From an uncultured Campylobacterales bacterium (GTDB lineage Bacteria; Campylobacterota; Campylobacteria; Campylobacterales; QNZT01): DNA of 64,000 nucleotides. The translations under genes and the position numbers were made by a program. Under the pieces are notes generated by a model. It was not told the DNA's origin. It worked only from the letters and a program-made list of their open reading frames with translations, and searched no databases. The stretch lies in NCBI GenBank assembly GCA_964560425.1, contig CAZLLE010000078.1, positions 16,303 to 80,302 on the forward strand. Reading direction: 5' to 3'. Positions 48,923 to 59,758 of this stretch are shown here, one piece after another (position 1 is the first letter of the stretch; each line of letters begins with the position of its first letter).

Positions 48923-50089
48923 TTAATTACAACCACATCCTCCGTCACTCTGCTCTTTTGGAGCTGCCGCTGCTGCTCCACCTGTAGAACATGCACTTAC
49001 TCCAGGAGGTGTTGTTGGTTGGATTGATTCATTATCTACACCACCATCTTCATTGATTTTTTCAATTGTAGCCCAAAGTTTTTCTGCTGATTCTTGATAT
49101 CTTTTGCTTGTTTGGCTAGTTGGAGAATGGAAAACAATTGGTTTACCACTATCTCCACCAACTCTAATCTCTGGTTCAATTGGCACTTCACCAAGAACAA
49201 CAGTATTAAATTTATTAGCTAAAGGCTCTGTTGTCCCTTTTCCAAAAATATCATACTCTTTATTTGTCTCTGGGCAGATAAATCCGCTCATATTTTCCAT
49301 AATTCCAGCGATTGGTATATTCAATTTTTTGAACATATCCAAACTTCTTTCAGTATCATCAAGTGCTACTTTTTGAGGAGTTGTTACACAGATACCTGCC
49401 GTAACTGGTACACTTTGAGCCAATGTAAGTTGAGCATCACCTGTTCCTGGTGGCATATCAATGATTAATACATCTAGCTCACTCCATAAGATATCTTGTA
49501 GAAGTTGTTGAATCGCTTTCATGATCATCGCCCCTCTCCAGATTAGAGATTGCCCCTCTTCCATTAGTGAACCCATAGACATAACTTCTACACCATGAGA
49601 AAGTAGAGGTTTTACTTTGTTTCCTGCGATTTCTGGTTGTTGTCCATCTACACCCATCATTCGAGGGATATTTGGACCATAAATATCTGCATCTAAAAGA
49701 CCAACTTTTTTACCCTGCATTGCAAGAGCAACCGCTAGGTTTACTGTAGTAGTTGATTTACCAACACCACCTTTACCACTACTTACCATGATAAAGTTTT
49801 TGATATGTGGTACTATATTTTTACCTTTAGAGCTTGTCTCTTTTGGTATATTTGGTGTCTTTACCAAAATATCAATTTTCATTGCACCCAAAAGTTGCAT
49901 TTTTTTAGTGATATCATCCTCTATTTGAGTTTTTACTTCAGGAGCAGATGAACTAATATCCACCTCAACATGAACCAAATCACCCTCTACTATTACATTT
50001 TTAACAAAACCAAAATCTACAATACTTTTTGTAAAACCTGGATAAGCTACCTCTTGTAACTTCTCTTCTACTAATGCTTTATTTAACAT
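48923..50089 (-). CDS. apbC: Mrp/ApbC/NBP35-family Fe-S cluster carrier ATPase with N-terminal DUF59-like domain
   Basis: Deviant Walker A SGKGGVGKSTTTVNLA and CPETNKEYDIFG (CxxC-type region). RBS GGGAAAGGA. Confidence 0.88.
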   Translation of the reverse strand: MLNKALVEEKLQEVAYPGFTKSIVDFGFVKNVIVEGDLVHVEVDISSSAPEVKTQIEDDITKKMQLLGAMKIDILVKTPNIPKETSSKGKNIVPHIKNFIMVSSGKGGVGKSTTTVNLAVALAMQGKKVGLLDADIYGPNIPRMMGVDGQQPEIAGNKVKPLLSHGVEVMSMGSLMEEGQSLIWRGAMIMKAIQQLLQDILWSELDVLIIDMPPGTGDAQLTLAQSVPVTAGICVTTPQKVALDDTERSLDMFKKLNIPIAGIMENMSGFICPETNKEYDIFGKGTTEPLANKFNTVVLGEVPIEPEIRVGGDSGKPIVFHSPTSQTSKRYQESAEKLWATIEKINEDGGVDNESIQPTTPPGVSACSTGGAAAAAPKEQSDGGCGCN

Positions 50090-50275
50090 ATAATCCTTTC
50101 CCTAATATTAATTTTAAAATCCTAAATTATACAATAGAGTATATCATCTAGTATTTGTCATTCACATCATAAATTTCAGGAAAAATCATCGCCTATGCTA
50201 CAGCATAAGCTCAAATTTGTCCTAAAATTTCTAATGCAAAGCACAAACACTATATTTCAATGTCTATTATATAAT

Positions 50276-51664
<1,389 letters not shown>

Positions 51665-51737
51665 TTATCCAAAAAAAGATAAAAAAAAGCTTTTTAAGTG
51701 TATACTTTAGTAACACTTTCAACAAAAAGGACAAAAT

Positions 51738-52862
51738 TTGCCCGATTTAACCCTGATAATACTTGCGGCTGGAAATTCTACACGATTTGGTTCAAAAACT
51801 AAAAAACAGTGGATTAGAATTGATAAAGAGCCTTTATGGCTTTTTGTCGCTAATAAATTTAAATTATTTCATGAATTTAAACAAATTATTATTACAGGCA
51901 CTAAACAAGAACTATTCTATATGAAAAAACATGCACCCTTTACATTTGTCCAAGGGGGAGAGAGCAGACAAGAATCCATCCAAAATGCACTCAAAGAAGT
52001 TGATAGTGAATATGTCTTAGTGACAGATGTTGCTAGAGCTTGCCTTCCAAAAGAGATGGTACAAAATATTATTTCACATAAAAATAAAGCTGATATTATT
52101 GTTCCATACATTGGAGTTAGCGATACTGTTGTATATGAGAATGAAACAATAGATAGAGATAAGGTAAAACTTATCCAAACACCTCAACTCTCTAAAACAT
52201 CCACTCTAAGAAAAGCTCTCTCTCAAAAAGAGCTTTATACAGATGATAGTAGTGCCATAAAATCTATAGGAGGGAGTGTTTTTTATACAAAAGGCAGTAC
52301 AAATGCTAAAAAAATTACAAGATATGACGATCTAGTGTCGTTAGCATGTTTGAGGTCATCCTCTAAAGATATTTTTGTAGGGACTGGTTTTGATGTTCAT
52401 CAGTTTTGTGAGAATAAGAAAATGTTTTTAGGTGGTGTTGAGATCAAAACAGACAATCTTGGATTTAAGGCACACTCTGATGGAGATGTTGCATTACATG
52501 CATTGATTGATGCATTACTTGGTGGTATAGGTGCTTCAGATATTGGAGAACTCTATCCTGATAATGATAAAAGATTTAAAGATATTGACTCTAAAATCAT
52601 GCTAACAGAAGTTTCTGATTTTATCAGAAGCGTTGGTTATGAGATAAACAATGTTGATATAACAATTATGGCTCAAGCTCCAAGAGTTTCATCTTATAAA
52701 GATGCTATGAGAAGCACTATTGCTTCTATTTTGGAAATTGAACCAATTTTTGTCAATATCAAAGCAACAACAACTGAAAAGTTGGGATTTATTGGAAGAA
52801 AAGAGGGTGTAGCGGTAGAAGCGATTGCATCATTAAAATATAATAATTGGATGGATAAATAA
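51738..52862 (+). CDS. ispDF: Bifunctional IspD/IspF (MEP cytidylyltransferase / MEcPP synthase)
   Basis: N-terminal ILAAGNSTRFG (IspD) and C-terminal GFKAHSDGDVALHALIDALLG (IspF). This fusion is typical of Campylobacterota. TTG start follows AAGGA. Confidence 0.93.
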   Translation: MPDLTLIILAAGNSTRFGSKTKKQWIRIDKEPLWLFVANKFKLFHEFKQIIITGTKQELFYMKKHAPFTFVQGGESRQESIQNALKEVDSEYVLVTDVARACLPKEMVQNIISHKNKADIIVPYIGVSDTVVYENETIDRDKVKLIQTPQLSKTSTLRKALSQKELYTDDSSAIKSIGGSVFYTKGSTNAKKITRYDDLVSLACLRSSSKDIFVGTGFDVHQFCENKKMFLGGVEIKTDNLGFKAHSDGDVALHALIDALLGGIGASDIGELYPDNDKRFKDIDSKIMLTEVSDFIRSVGYEINNVDITIMAQAPRVSSYKDAMRSTIASILEIEPIFVNIKATTTEKLGFIGRKEGVAVEAIASLKYNNWMDK

Positions 52863-52864
52863 AG

Positions 52865-53755
52865 ATGAAGATATTAGTAGTAGAAAATGAAATATACTTA
52901 GCGCAAAGTATTTCAACAAAATTGACAGAAATGGGACATATATGTGAAAGTGCTACAACAGTAAAAGACGCTTTAAAACTAGGAGAATTTGATTCTATTT
53001 TGCTTTCTACAAATTTGGCAGGACAAGATTTCTACCCTATTATAGAGAAGTATAAACACACCATTATTGTTCTAATGGTCTCCTATATAAGCAACGATAC
53101 TGTTTCTAAACCACTTCAATCAGGGGCTAGTGATTATATATTAAAGCCATTTATGATTGAAGAGTTGGCACGAAAATTAAATCATCTCCAAGATTATATT
53201 GCATATAAAAAAGAGAATAAAACATATAAAAGTTACATTGATCATCTATTAAAACAAAACACTCCTCATAGAATCACAAATAAGACAAAGTTACCAATTC
53301 TACTCAAAGTCAATTATCAAAAGTTAGCTGATTCTATCGTCTTTAACTATGCAAAAGAGTTTAATGACTCTTTCTCTTTTATTTCACTTGATGATGCTGA
53401 TGCACTAGAACAACTCAAAAAAGTCAATGATCATGAACTTGTTTATCTCATAAACTTTCAAAATATGAAAAAAAATGAAAAAAGTAAAATTTTATCACTT
53501 ATTAAAAATAGACGCGTTATACTATCTTCCACAGATCTTAATGAAGATATCGAAGATATGGAAATTATTGAGGTTAAAAATGATAACGGTGTATTTGAAA
53601 AAGGAGATATCCTCTCCATAGAAAATTATGTCAAGTACATTATTGTTAAATATCAAAGTAAGTTTCCAGATACCGAACTTTCCAAAAAACTAGGTATCTC
53701 TCGTAAAAGCTTATGGGAGAAGAGAAAAAAATATGGCATTAGCAAAAAGAAATAG
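52865..53755 (+). CDS. Atypical orphan response regulator (HP1021/Cj1608-like): degenerate receiver plus C-terminal HTH
   Basis: Receiver-like fold with VVENE instead of the DD pocket and Ser48 (ILLSTN) where the phospho-acceptor Asp is expected. The conserved Lys (YILKPF) is retained. C-terminal LSKKLGISRKSLWEKRKKYGI forms the HTH. Confidence 0.75.
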   Translation: MKILVVENEIYLAQSISTKLTEMGHICESATTVKDALKLGEFDSILLSTNLAGQDFYPIIEKYKHTIIVLMVSYISNDTVSKPLQSGASDYILKPFMIEELARKLNHLQDYIAYKKENKTYKSYIDHLLKQNTPHRITNKTKLPILLKVNYQKLADSIVFNYAKEFNDSFSFISLDDADALEQLKKVNDHELVYLINFQNMKKNEKSKILSLIKNRRVILSSTDLNEDIEDMEIIEVKNDNGVFEKGDILSIENYVKYIIVKYQSKFPDTELSKKLGISRKSLWEKRKKYGISKKK

Positions 53756-54926
53756 AGAACTGCACATTGATAGAGAAGCATTAGCAACTCTATCTCTTCT
53801 AAAAGAGGGTGTATTTTCTCCTGTTAATAATCTAATGAATCAAGAAGAGTCTATTCTTGTTGATAAAACTTCATCTTACAAAGATACCTTTTTCCCCTTT
53901 TCATTTATTTTAGCACCAAGTGGTAAACGAAATGAAGAGGTTTTAAAAAATAGCAAAAAGGGAGAAAATTTAGATCTTATCGTAGATGGAGAAAAAAAGG
54001 GATATCTGATTACTGATGAGAGCTTTCCTATTAATAAAAAAGAGAGAATAGAGAAAATCTTTTTGACTTCTGATCTCAATCATCCTGGTGTATTAGATAT
54101 GTATAATAGACTTGGAAATATGGCTATAAGTGGTGAATTCTTTATTGACAGTCATGACACACTAGACATAAAACAGAAAATTCAAGAAGCAAAAGAGAAT
54201 CTTGGAGTACAAAAAAGTACAGCTATAATGATCAATGCTAAGCCTCTTCATCGAGGACATGAGAGAATGATTAGATCAGCACTTGAGAGCAATGATCTTG
54301 TAATTCTTTTTTTATTAAAACCACATGAGCAAGATCGTTTTTCATTTGAAATAAGATGTGAAACAGTACGATATTTTATAAATCACTTTTTACCCAAAAA
54401 TCGTGTTATTGTGCTACCTTTCGAAAACACATATATTTTTGCAGGTTATAACAATATAATTTTAGATGGAATTGCCGCAAAAAACTTTGGATGTGACTCT
54501 ATCACTATAGGAGAAAATCACTCAGGCATTGGTATATATTATGATCAACATGGATTAAACTCTCTAATCAACTCTTTTACACAAAAACATAATATAGAGA
54601 TACGAGTTGTAAGTGAATATGTATATTGTGATACTTGTAGAACACTTGTAAGCACCAAAACCTGTCCACATGGACGACACCATCATATTTCATATAATTC
54701 AGAGTTTATGCAGGGTTTGATTTTGAGTGGGGTTTTACCACCTGCTGTTCTTGTAAGAAAAGAGATATCTGCTATACTATTGAGTAAACTTTTTGAAGAT
54801 AGATTTAAAGACTTTAACCAAAAATTTATAAACTTTTTTCCAAATAAAGGGCTAATAGAAAATATGGACGATAAAAAGTTTTATCTAAAAATCATGGAAC
54901 TACACCAAACAGTATCTCTCACATAA
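53733..54926 (+). CDS. ATP-sulfurylase-like nucleotidyltransferase
   Basis: NAKPLHRGHERMIR resembles the sulfate adenylyltransferase (Q)xRNPxHxxH motif. CDTCRTLVSTKTCPHGRHHH is a zinc-ribbon-like cluster. 23-nt overlap with the regulator gene. Confidence 0.6.
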   Translation: MALAKRNRELHIDREALATLSLLKEGVFSPVNNLMNQEESILVDKTSSYKDTFFPFSFILAPSGKRNEEVLKNSKKGENLDLIVDGEKKGYLITDESFPINKKERIEKIFLTSDLNHPGVLDMYNRLGNMAISGEFFIDSHDTLDIKQKIQEAKENLGVQKSTAIMINAKPLHRGHERMIRSALESNDLVILFLLKPHEQDRFSFEIRCETVRYFINHFLPKNRVIVLPFENTYIFAGYNNIILDGIAAKNFGCDSITIGENHSGIGIYYDQHGLNSLINSFTQKHNIEIRVVSEYVYCDTCRTLVSTKTCPHGRHHHISYNSEFMQGLILSGVLPPAVLVRKEISAILLSKLFEDRFKDFNQKFINFFPNKGLIENMDDKKFYLKIMELHQTVSLT

Positions 54927-54939
54927 AGGCGAATATAAT

Positions 54940-55401
54940 ATGCGAAAAATCTTTTTAACATTCTTTTACTCAGGACTATTTCCAAAAGCACCCGGTACAG
55001 CAGGAACAATAGCAGGAGCTATTTTGGGTATTTGGTTACTCTCTTTTTTACCAGTATATATACTATTTTTACTTACTATTCTAATCACAATGATAGCAAT
55101 AAAAGAGATTGACAAAGAAGAACAAGAGAGTGGTATTCATGATGCAAGCTCTATTGTAATAGATGAAGTTGCAGGAGTATGGCTTGCTTTTAGTATGTTA
55201 CCTCAAACAATGATACATTTTATCTTAGCTATTATCTTCTTTCGTATATTTGATATCTGGAAACCCTCTATTATAGGTCGAATTGATAGAGAAGTAAAAG
55301 GTGGCTTGGGTGTTATGGGTGATGATATTGTAGCTGGGCTTTTTGCTGGCTTTGCAACAGCTATTGTATATTATGGGATAGAGTATTTGGGATTACTTTA
55401 A
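54940..55401 (+). CDS. pgpA: Phosphatidylglycerophosphatase A
   Basis: FFYSGLFPKAPGTAGT, IVIDEVAG and FRIFDIWKP motifs are typical of PgpA. Confidence 0.85.
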   Translation: MRKIFLTFFYSGLFPKAPGTAGTIAGAILGIWLLSFLPVYILFLLTILITMIAIKEIDKEEQESGIHDASSIVIDEVAGVWLAFSMLPQTMIHFILAIIFFRIFDIWKPSIIGRIDREVKGGLGVMGDDIVAGLFAGFATAIVYYGIEYLGLL

Positions 55402-56398
55402 AATGTAATCTCTTCTCTAATCGATAAGTATCATCAAAAAATATGCGTATCTCATACTCTCCAGCAGGAATTGAGTTAAAACTCATTTTACCACTCCTCT
55501 CCCCTTGCGTATAATGCCAAGTCAAGGCACTATCCCAACTATTTTTATCACCTTCAAAAAATATACCTATCCAATCATCATGATTTCCTGAAAAATTGGA
55601 GTACTCAACAACAATTTTTTCACCCTCTATATATATATCTTTTGCATAAACGATAGGTTCTATTCTATCTTTAACAACCTCAAAGGAGGTATGATTTTCA
55701 CTCTTATAAGAATTATTAAAAAAGACCCGTGCTTCATAAAAACCTTCATCTAAAAGACCACCAACACTCCTATTACCCTCAACCTCAGCATCAGTATAGA
55801 ACCATCTTAAAACATTTTTCCACTCATTTGAACTACCCTCTTTGTATATGCCAATCCAATCCTTTTGTGTACCAAAAAGATTTTCATATTTAATATTAAT
55901 AGGTTCATTTATCTTATAAGAGGATTTATCTGAAGTTAGTAGAGGGGGTAGCTGTTCACCCTCTACTTTAAATAATATCTTTTTTTCTACTTTATAACTA
56001 TTATTAAAAAAAAGTCTTACCTCATAAAAGCCAATGGGAAGCTTCTTAAAATATTGTTTTCCACTTGTTTTAGAGTTTGTAAACCCCCAACGAAGTACAT
56101 TTTTCCACTCATTTGAGCTATCTTTTAGATAAATAGCAATCCAATCTTTTTTATTACCTGGTAAATTTTTAAAATTTACACAGATATCTTCATTGGGCTT
56201 AAAACTCACTTTACTAAGCCAAATCTTCGCATTATTGATGTTACAGAGTCTCACACTACTATTTATATCTTGGTAAGCTCTTTTTAGAACAAGATCATCT
56301 ACATCAACAATAGAGTCATCATGTTCACTACAACCAAGCATAGTGAACATAATAATTAAGATAGCTAAAAAATATTTTTTCAAATTGTTCATTCCCAT
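55361..56398 (-). CDS. Lipoprotein built from three tandem beta-sandwich-like repeats of about 95 aa (DWIGIY-type)
   Basis: Lipobox MLGCSE. The repeats carry KDWIAIYLKDSSNEWKNVLRW, KDWIGIYKEGSSNEWKNVLRW and DDWIGIFFEGDKNSWDSALTW, each followed by G.YE.R.FF. Confidence 0.7.
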   Translation of the reverse strand: MGMNNLKKYFLAILIIMFTMLGCSEHDDSIVDVDDLVLKRAYQDINSSVRLCNINNAKIWLSKVSFKPNEDICVNFKNLPGNKKDWIAIYLKDSSNEWKNVLRWGFTNSKTSGKQYFKKLPIGFYEVRLFFNNSYKVEKKILFKVEGEQLPPLLTSDKSSYKINEPINIKYENLFGTQKDWIGIYKEGSSNEWKNVLRWFYTDAEVEGNRSVGGLLDEGFYEARVFFNNSYKSENHTSFEVVKDRIEPIVYAKDIYIEGEKIVVEYSNFSGNHDDWIGIFFEGDKNSWDSALTWHYTQGERSGKMSFNSIPAGEYEIRIFFDDTYRLEKRLHFKVIPNTLSHNIQ

Positions 56399-56499
56399 AT
56401 AAAAATCTTAATTACTCTAATTATAAGTAAAATAATTTTCATTATGGAAACAATATTAGCAAAATTATAATTAATAGATTACATAATTTTACTTTTAGA

Positions 56500-57624
56500 T
56501 TAGTTACTTAAAATATACTCTTGTGGTGTCTCTTCAACTTTAGGTAAAAATAGAGTATTACTCCAATCTTTATCACTAAGTTCTACAGCTACACTTAATC
56601 TATTAGATTTTAGATTCAAATATTCTTTATTTATTTGTAAACTAACAATTTTTTGATCTTCTTTCCATTGTTGAGAAATTATATCCTTAGGATTATCCCA
56701 ATCCCAAGCTCCACTTGTATCATTATATTCAACTAATTTTCCTTGTTCAATCATATAGTCAGCACCAAATCCAACCCATTTATTAGTAGCATTACCATCA
56801 AATCGTTCTCCTGTTTCTGCATTATTATCTATATCAATATAGAACTGCATATGATCCCTAAAATTATTTTGTAATAGATATATTTTAATAAAATTTTCAT
56901 CATCACTTATTTTTAACTCTAAACTATTGTTAATATCCTCTGCATAAGTTTCAATATTAGTCAAATTTAAATCATTTATTGTAGAGTTACTAAAAAATGT
57001 TTTAGATTGACTGCGAGGAGAACTAATTTGAGCAGTCCAATTAGTATCAAGAGCTTGTGCATTAACACTAAATTGATCTTTTTCAAACAAACTACCTGCT
57101 ATTCTAACACTATCAGATTTATTTAAAACGGTATTTACCTTAACGGAATCTTCACCATCCTTTTCAAGGTATGCTTCCCAACTATCAGTACCATTATTAT
57201 CGGCAAAAATATGAAGTTGACCATTTTCAATCTTATATTCCGCACCACCTTCACTTTTATAGCCTGTCTTACTGTCACTATCTAAATCAATAAAAAATTG
57301 TATATTCTGAGCATTTACAGAATTATGTGTAAATGTTAAATATACATAGTTTTTTGTCTTAGCAATTTTCAGCCCTTCATGATTGTCCACAATAATAGCA
57401 TTTGGATAATCTAGATCATCAGTTATATTAAACTCTATTTTATCATTATCTCTAATAACCTCGACAGATTGTATAGGTTGTTCCTCTTTTTTTGCTGGTG
57501 TTGGTTGTACTTTTTTAATCTCATCTACTTTTTTACCACTGCCACTAGAACCACAACCACTAAGAAAAGTGGAAATAGATAATGCACTTACCATAAAAAT
57601 TGATATATAAATCTTTTTTTTCAT
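56500..57624 (-). CDS. Lipoprotein with two copies of an FxIDxDxxxxTG...GAEY beta module
   Basis: Lipobox LSGCGSSGSG. Modules QFFIDLDSDSKTGYKSEGGAEYKIENGQL and QFYIDIDNNAETGERF...GADYMIEQGKL. Confidence 0.7.
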   Translation of the reverse strand: MKKKIYISIFMVSALSISTFLSGCGSSGSGKKVDEIKKVQPTPAKKEEQPIQSVEVIRDNDKIEFNITDDLDYPNAIIVDNHEGLKIAKTKNYVYLTFTHNSVNAQNIQFFIDLDSDSKTGYKSEGGAEYKIENGQLHIFADNNGTDSWEAYLEKDGEDSVKVNTVLNKSDSVRIAGSLFEKDQFSVNAQALDTNWTAQISSPRSQSKTFFSNSTINDLNLTNIETYAEDINNSLELKISDDENFIKIYLLQNNFRDHMQFYIDIDNNAETGERFDGNATNKWVGFGADYMIEQGKLVEYNDTSGAWDWDNPKDIISQQWKEDQKIVSLQINKEYLNLKSNRLSVAVELSDKDWSNTLFLPKVEETPQEYILSN

Positions 57625-57751
57625 TACATTTTTTCCTTTTTAAAAATTATTTTATATAAAATCGACACTTTAGTAGAAAACATTAAATCATACACATTTT
57701 GTTCACATTTAGTTGTTATAATCGATCATCATTCAAAATGGGGGTACTTTA

Positions 57752-58132
57752 GTGAAAATAATAAAATATATACTGCTGGTTATAATGTTGACAAATCACC
57801 TTTATGGAGTAGGAGATGATAAAATTAAACATCTAGAAGTTTCTACCTTTTTAGGTTATACAGGAGAGACATTATTACACAAATATAGCCAACTTCCAGA
57901 CAAAAAAAAGGTTTTATATGCTGTTGGTGCAGCCTTTGCAGTTGGAGTAGGCAAAGAACTTTATGATGAAGAAGATTATGGTGGATTTTCAACAAAGGAT
58001 CTAATACCAGATCTATTTGGTGCGGTAACTGGAGCTATTGTTTCAAACTATCTAAATAAAAACTATTTTCTCAAAATAGAACATAAAAGTGATAAAAAAA
58101 TATCTAAAATATCAATAGCATATAAATTCTAA
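57752..58132 (+). CDS. Small secreted/membrane protein, DUF2279 (YfiM)-like
   Basis: GTG start after GGGGG. Signal-like N-terminus. GKELYDEEDYGGFSTKDLIPDLFGAVTG resembles DUF2279 (from memory). Confidence 0.45.
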   Translation: MKIIKYILLVIMLTNHLYGVGDDKIKHLEVSTFLGYTGETLLHKYSQLPDKKKVLYAVGAAFAVGVGKELYDEEDYGGFSTKDLIPDLFGAVTGAIVSNYLNKNYFLKIEHKSDKKISKISIAYKF

Positions 58133-58149
58133 TTTTTTAAAAAGTGTAT

Positions 58150-58186
58150 CAAAAAGTATATTTTTTTTAAAAAAACATACTTTTTG
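58150..58186. terminator. AT-rich hairpin after the 57752 gene
   Basis: CAAAAAGTAT..T8/A7..ATACTTTTTG, with 10-bp outer stem plus A/T pairs. Confidence 0.4.
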
Positions 58187-58243
58187 TTGAATTTTGTTAA
58201 AGTTTTTTTCTTCCTTTAAGTATACTATCCTAAAGGATATACG

Positions 58244-59686
58244 ATGTCAAATATTGAACAAAAATATCTTCTAGATGAATCTATAGAGGATTTACTATTA
58301 GACCTAGAACTTAAAAAAGAGCAAGTTCAACAATTTTATACAAAAATTAAATCTTGTCAAGAAGTTCAATACAAAAAAGTAAATACAGATTACTCATTGA
58401 TTATTACTCATAGAAGAGATGAAAATCAAGAGCAAGAAAACAAAAAAATTTCAAAAGAAAAATTTTATAAAGAGATAGAAAATAAAATCGGACATACAAT
58501 AAATAAAGATAGATTTTATATCAGTTTAGATGGATATAAATATGAGATATATAGATATTCAGGAATTCTAAAAGATATATATATTTTATATAGAAATCTT
58601 CAAAATGATAATATAAAACAACAAAAATTTGAAATACCTAATTTTTTAAAATCATATATCATTACAGAAATCACAAATAATCCTAGATATAAAAGCCATA
58701 ATTTGGCTATTTTGGGAAATCCCAAAAAAAATATATCTAAACTATACTCCACATTTAAAAACTTAGATGAGGGACGAATCTCAAAAGTAGAAGAGAGTAT
58801 TCTCAAAAATGCCCCTCTTTCAGACTCTATTAGACTAATTTTATATGAATCTTATTATGAAATACTCTCATTAAAAGAGAAAATTATTGAGAAAAAAAGA
58901 GAAAAAGAGATAGAGCTATTTCAAAAAAAATTACAAAAAAGCATTCTACTTATTGAAGAATTTTACTATATTTTTGATACAACAATATTAAGTAAAGTAC
59001 AAAAACATCTAAAATACATTGAAAAAAAGCTAACACTTGCTAAAGAGATTGATGCCTTTAGCTCAAATTTAAAAATATTAGAGAACTCTTACAAAGAAAA
59101 AGAGATCAACAAAATTTTTGCGAAACTTGATAAAAAAACCTATAATAAAATAAACAAAATTATATTTTTTCTCCAAACTAGAGAATTCTCTATTATATTA
59201 ACTCAATATAAGCATCTAATCACTGAAGGGGATCAATCATTTAATCAATATCATCAAATAGGAGAAATACACCAAGTTATTAATAATAAATTATCTTTAA
59301 AGTATCAAAAAGCGAAATTCACTATTAAGGAAAATAGTTATTGTAGAGATTATCAAAGCTATAGCAATATTAAGAAATCAATAGAAAAATTAAAAATAGT
59401 TCTTGAAACATTCCACTACCTTTACGAGAAAGACAAATTTATTAAAGCATCCGAAAGTGTAAATAGATTATACAATCTTTTAGATGAGTTCACAAATATA
59501 CATACAAGATGTAATCTCGTAAATAATCACATAAAAAACCAAAAAGAGATACCTAAATTCGAAACAAATCGAACACTAGATCTAATTAATATTTCATGCA
59601 GTAATCATCAACTTCAGCTTATAAATAGTATAGAGGAAGCTATAAAAGATTTTAAACATAATAGCTCATTAAAAAAGATTAAATAA
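58244..59686 (+). CDS. Lys-rich protein with degenerate CYTH-like N-terminal domain and helical (CHAD-like) C-terminal region
   Basis: NIEQKYLL start, INKDRFYISLDGYKYEIYRY and ITEITNNPRYKSHNLA follow the CYTH strand pattern, but the acidic ExExK and EvE positions are altered. The C-terminal 300 aa is all-helical with scattered His residues. Confidence 0.4.
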   Translation: MSNIEQKYLLDESIEDLLLDLELKKEQVQQFYTKIKSCQEVQYKKVNTDYSLIITHRRDENQEQENKKISKEKFYKEIENKIGHTINKDRFYISLDGYKYEIYRYSGILKDIYILYRNLQNDNIKQQKFEIPNFLKSYIITEITNNPRYKSHNLAILGNPKKNISKLYSTFKNLDEGRISKVEESILKNAPLSDSIRLILYESYYEILSLKEKIIEKKREKEIELFQKKLQKSILLIEEFYYIFDTTILSKVQKHLKYIEKKLTLAKEIDAFSSNLKILENSYKEKEINKIFAKLDKKTYNKINKIIFFLQTREFSIILTQYKHLITEGDQSFNQYHQIGEIHQVINNKLSLKYQKAKFTIKENSYCRDYQSYSNIKKSIEKLKIVLETFHYLYEKDKFIKASESVNRLYNLLDEFTNIHTRCNLVNNHIKNQKEIPKFETNRTLDLINISCSNHQLQLINSIEEAIKDFKHNSSLKKIK

Positions 59687-59758
59687 TTTTTTGACCAAAT
59701 TGCTATTGTGCTATTACTTAACTTTTTGTGATATAATTTTCAAAAAGGATTAGTTATT

